From Camelus ferus (lineage: Eukaryota), in NCBI RefSeq assembly GCF_009834535.1, contig NC_045697.1:16060001-16124000 (forward strand): DNA of 64,000 nt, read 5' to 3'. Shown here one piece after another: positions 62,375 through 64,000 of the stretch (positions within the stretch are counted from its first letter, which is position 1; each line of letters begins with the position of its first letter). The position numbers and the translations under genes are program-made. A model generated the notes under the pieces. The model had not been told where the DNA came from and searched no databases. It saw only the letters and a program-made list of their open reading frames with translations.

Positions 62375-62490
62375 AAACCAAATAATGGGTAACTGTGGCC
62401 AGTTAACCTTTCTCTGGCTCAGTCACTGTATTTTTTAAAAGGCAATAATAAAATCTTTCTTTACCACCTCTCTTAGGATAAGCAGGTTTC
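62375..62490 (+). mobile_element. MIR fragment
   Basis: 'gggtaactgtggccagttaaccttctctggctcagt'. Confidence 0.45.
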
Positions 62491-63880
62491 TTGGATACCT
62501 GATGATACATAAATCACATTTCTTTTTTTTTTTATTATCATTATCTCTAGGAATAGAAAGAGTAATGAATTGCAGGGGTTGTCATGATCTTATTAAATAT
62601 GGTAAGATATTATTAGGTTATAAACAATAGAATTGGGACTGTTTATAATATGGCTTTGAAAGATTAGACCTGAAGAATGAAAAAAAGGTATAGAGCTGCA
62701 AATTTAGCAAAGGCCGTGAACAGAAGATTAGAAAGGAAAGCCAATCCCACATCAGTGCTGGGTGGAGGATATTGATGGGTCATAAGGCAGGTAAGCCAGC
62801 CTGATATAGGCTGGGTCAGCACAGTTAGGGGCTTGAAGGTAGGAGGATAAAATGGGTAGTGAGATGAGCAAACTGAGTTTGCAATGAGAGCATACTTTGG
62901 GGATGGCAAGTGGACCAGCTAAAGACAAAAGAGCTGTCCAAGCACAAAGAACAGGTAAAGGGGTATAAAGGAAGCCAAAGCCATGTCCCAACCCTGGATG
63001 AGAGCCACTCATTTTCCTCCAGTCTTCACAAGGTAATAATGTTGCTTACATAGTGGGCACTCAGATTTTTGCTGGATTCAACAACAGAGAATGATATTAC
63101 ATTTTTAAAAGAGAAAGGACACATTAATGGTTGCTATGAGTTGGACTTACCCACTTTATAAAATTACTTGCGCCTCAGACAAAATGATCCCTCTCCACAC
63201 TTCTTTCTCTGAATTACTCTCAAAGGCTGAGCGCAGAGCAAGAAACAGTTTTTATCTCCAAGAATCACTTTCACAAACTGAAATGTCTCTTGAATTTGGA
63301 CATTTCCAGCCAGAGCTTTGGCTCTCATCAGCTTTTAACTGTCTTCTATTGCCATGGCCTCCGAACAGCTGCCCTTGCTTCATCAGTTGTCCAGGGTTAT
63401 CTTACAAGAAAGTGTAACTAACTGATCATGTCATTTTCTTGTTGAGAAACCTTCACTGTTCCTTTTCTCCTGAGTTGTTCTTTGTTTGGCCTTAATCCTT
63501 CTCCAGGCCCTCTTTTTCCCTTCCAGCATGCAAACCTGACCCTCCAGTCCCAACTAATGTTTTCCCAATGCCCCCAAATGTAAGACTGTGTCTTTGAAGA
63601 TGTATGTGTTTTATCTCCCTTTCTCACATCAACTCTTAATCATATTTTGAACTTCACATCTTCAAAGAAGCCCTTTCTGTGTATGACAGCCTTCCCCCCT
63701 TGGTGCATCCCGGTGATTCTGGGACTTCCATAGGCCCTTTCTTTTGGAGTCCCTGTCCCACATTACAGTAAACACATAAAAATGCACCCAAATCCTACAT
63801 TCAAAATAATATATTTTGCCAGTGAAAATTTTTCTGAGGGTACTTTTATAAGTTTAACAATGAAAGTTAAATTATGATGA

Positions 63881-64000
63881 ATTTTTTAAAATTGAGGTAT
63901 AGTTGATTTACAATGTTGTGTTAGTTTCTGGTGGACAGTATAGTGATTCAGTTGCACATATAATGTATATGTCCTTTTTCATCTTCTTTTCCCTTATAAG
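63881..64000 (-). mobile_element. L1 3' end, continues beyond the window
   Basis: 'ttgaggtatagttgatttacaatgttgtgttagtttctggtggacagtatagtgattcagtt'. Confidence 0.9.

Noticed and set aside
1..64000. Host protein-coding gene from the ORF track
   Set aside because: All ORFs are 125 aa or shorter, none resembles a cellular protein I recognise, and many map to L1, L2 or LTR remnants. Small exons of a large gene cannot be excluded by eye.
1..64000. CRISPR array, prokaryotic operon or other novel multi-gene system
   Set aside because: No repeat-spacer periodicity and no gene-dense region; the sequence is mammalian repeat-rich DNA.

Overview
AT-rich, CpG-depleted mammalian non-coding DNA (intergenic or deep intronic). 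It is most likely from a camelid, inferred from a tRNA-Ala-derived Vic-1-like SINE and artiodactyl/camelid-type L1 3' ends. I find no intact protein-coding gene, RNA gene, CRISPR array or prokaryotic-type system. The short ORFs are chance ORFs, low-complexity artefacts or transposon fragments. Roughly half the window is interspersed repeats: L1 of several ages, L2, CR1/L3, MIR, MaLR and ERVL solo LTRs, and hAT MITEs. The most notable item is a decayed minus-strand provirus interior (~5.1-8.3 kb) that combines class III (ERV-L/HERV-S-like) RNase H and integrase motifs with a gamma-type env SU remnant; the ORF track largely misses it. Also notable are an L1 whose 5' UTR is fused directly to the RT YADD region, a twin-primed L1 with target-site duplications (TSDs), nested L1 insertions and a few CpG-retaining unique segments that may be regulatory. 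Repeat family names come from recalled consensus similarity, not a database search, and boundaries are approximate.
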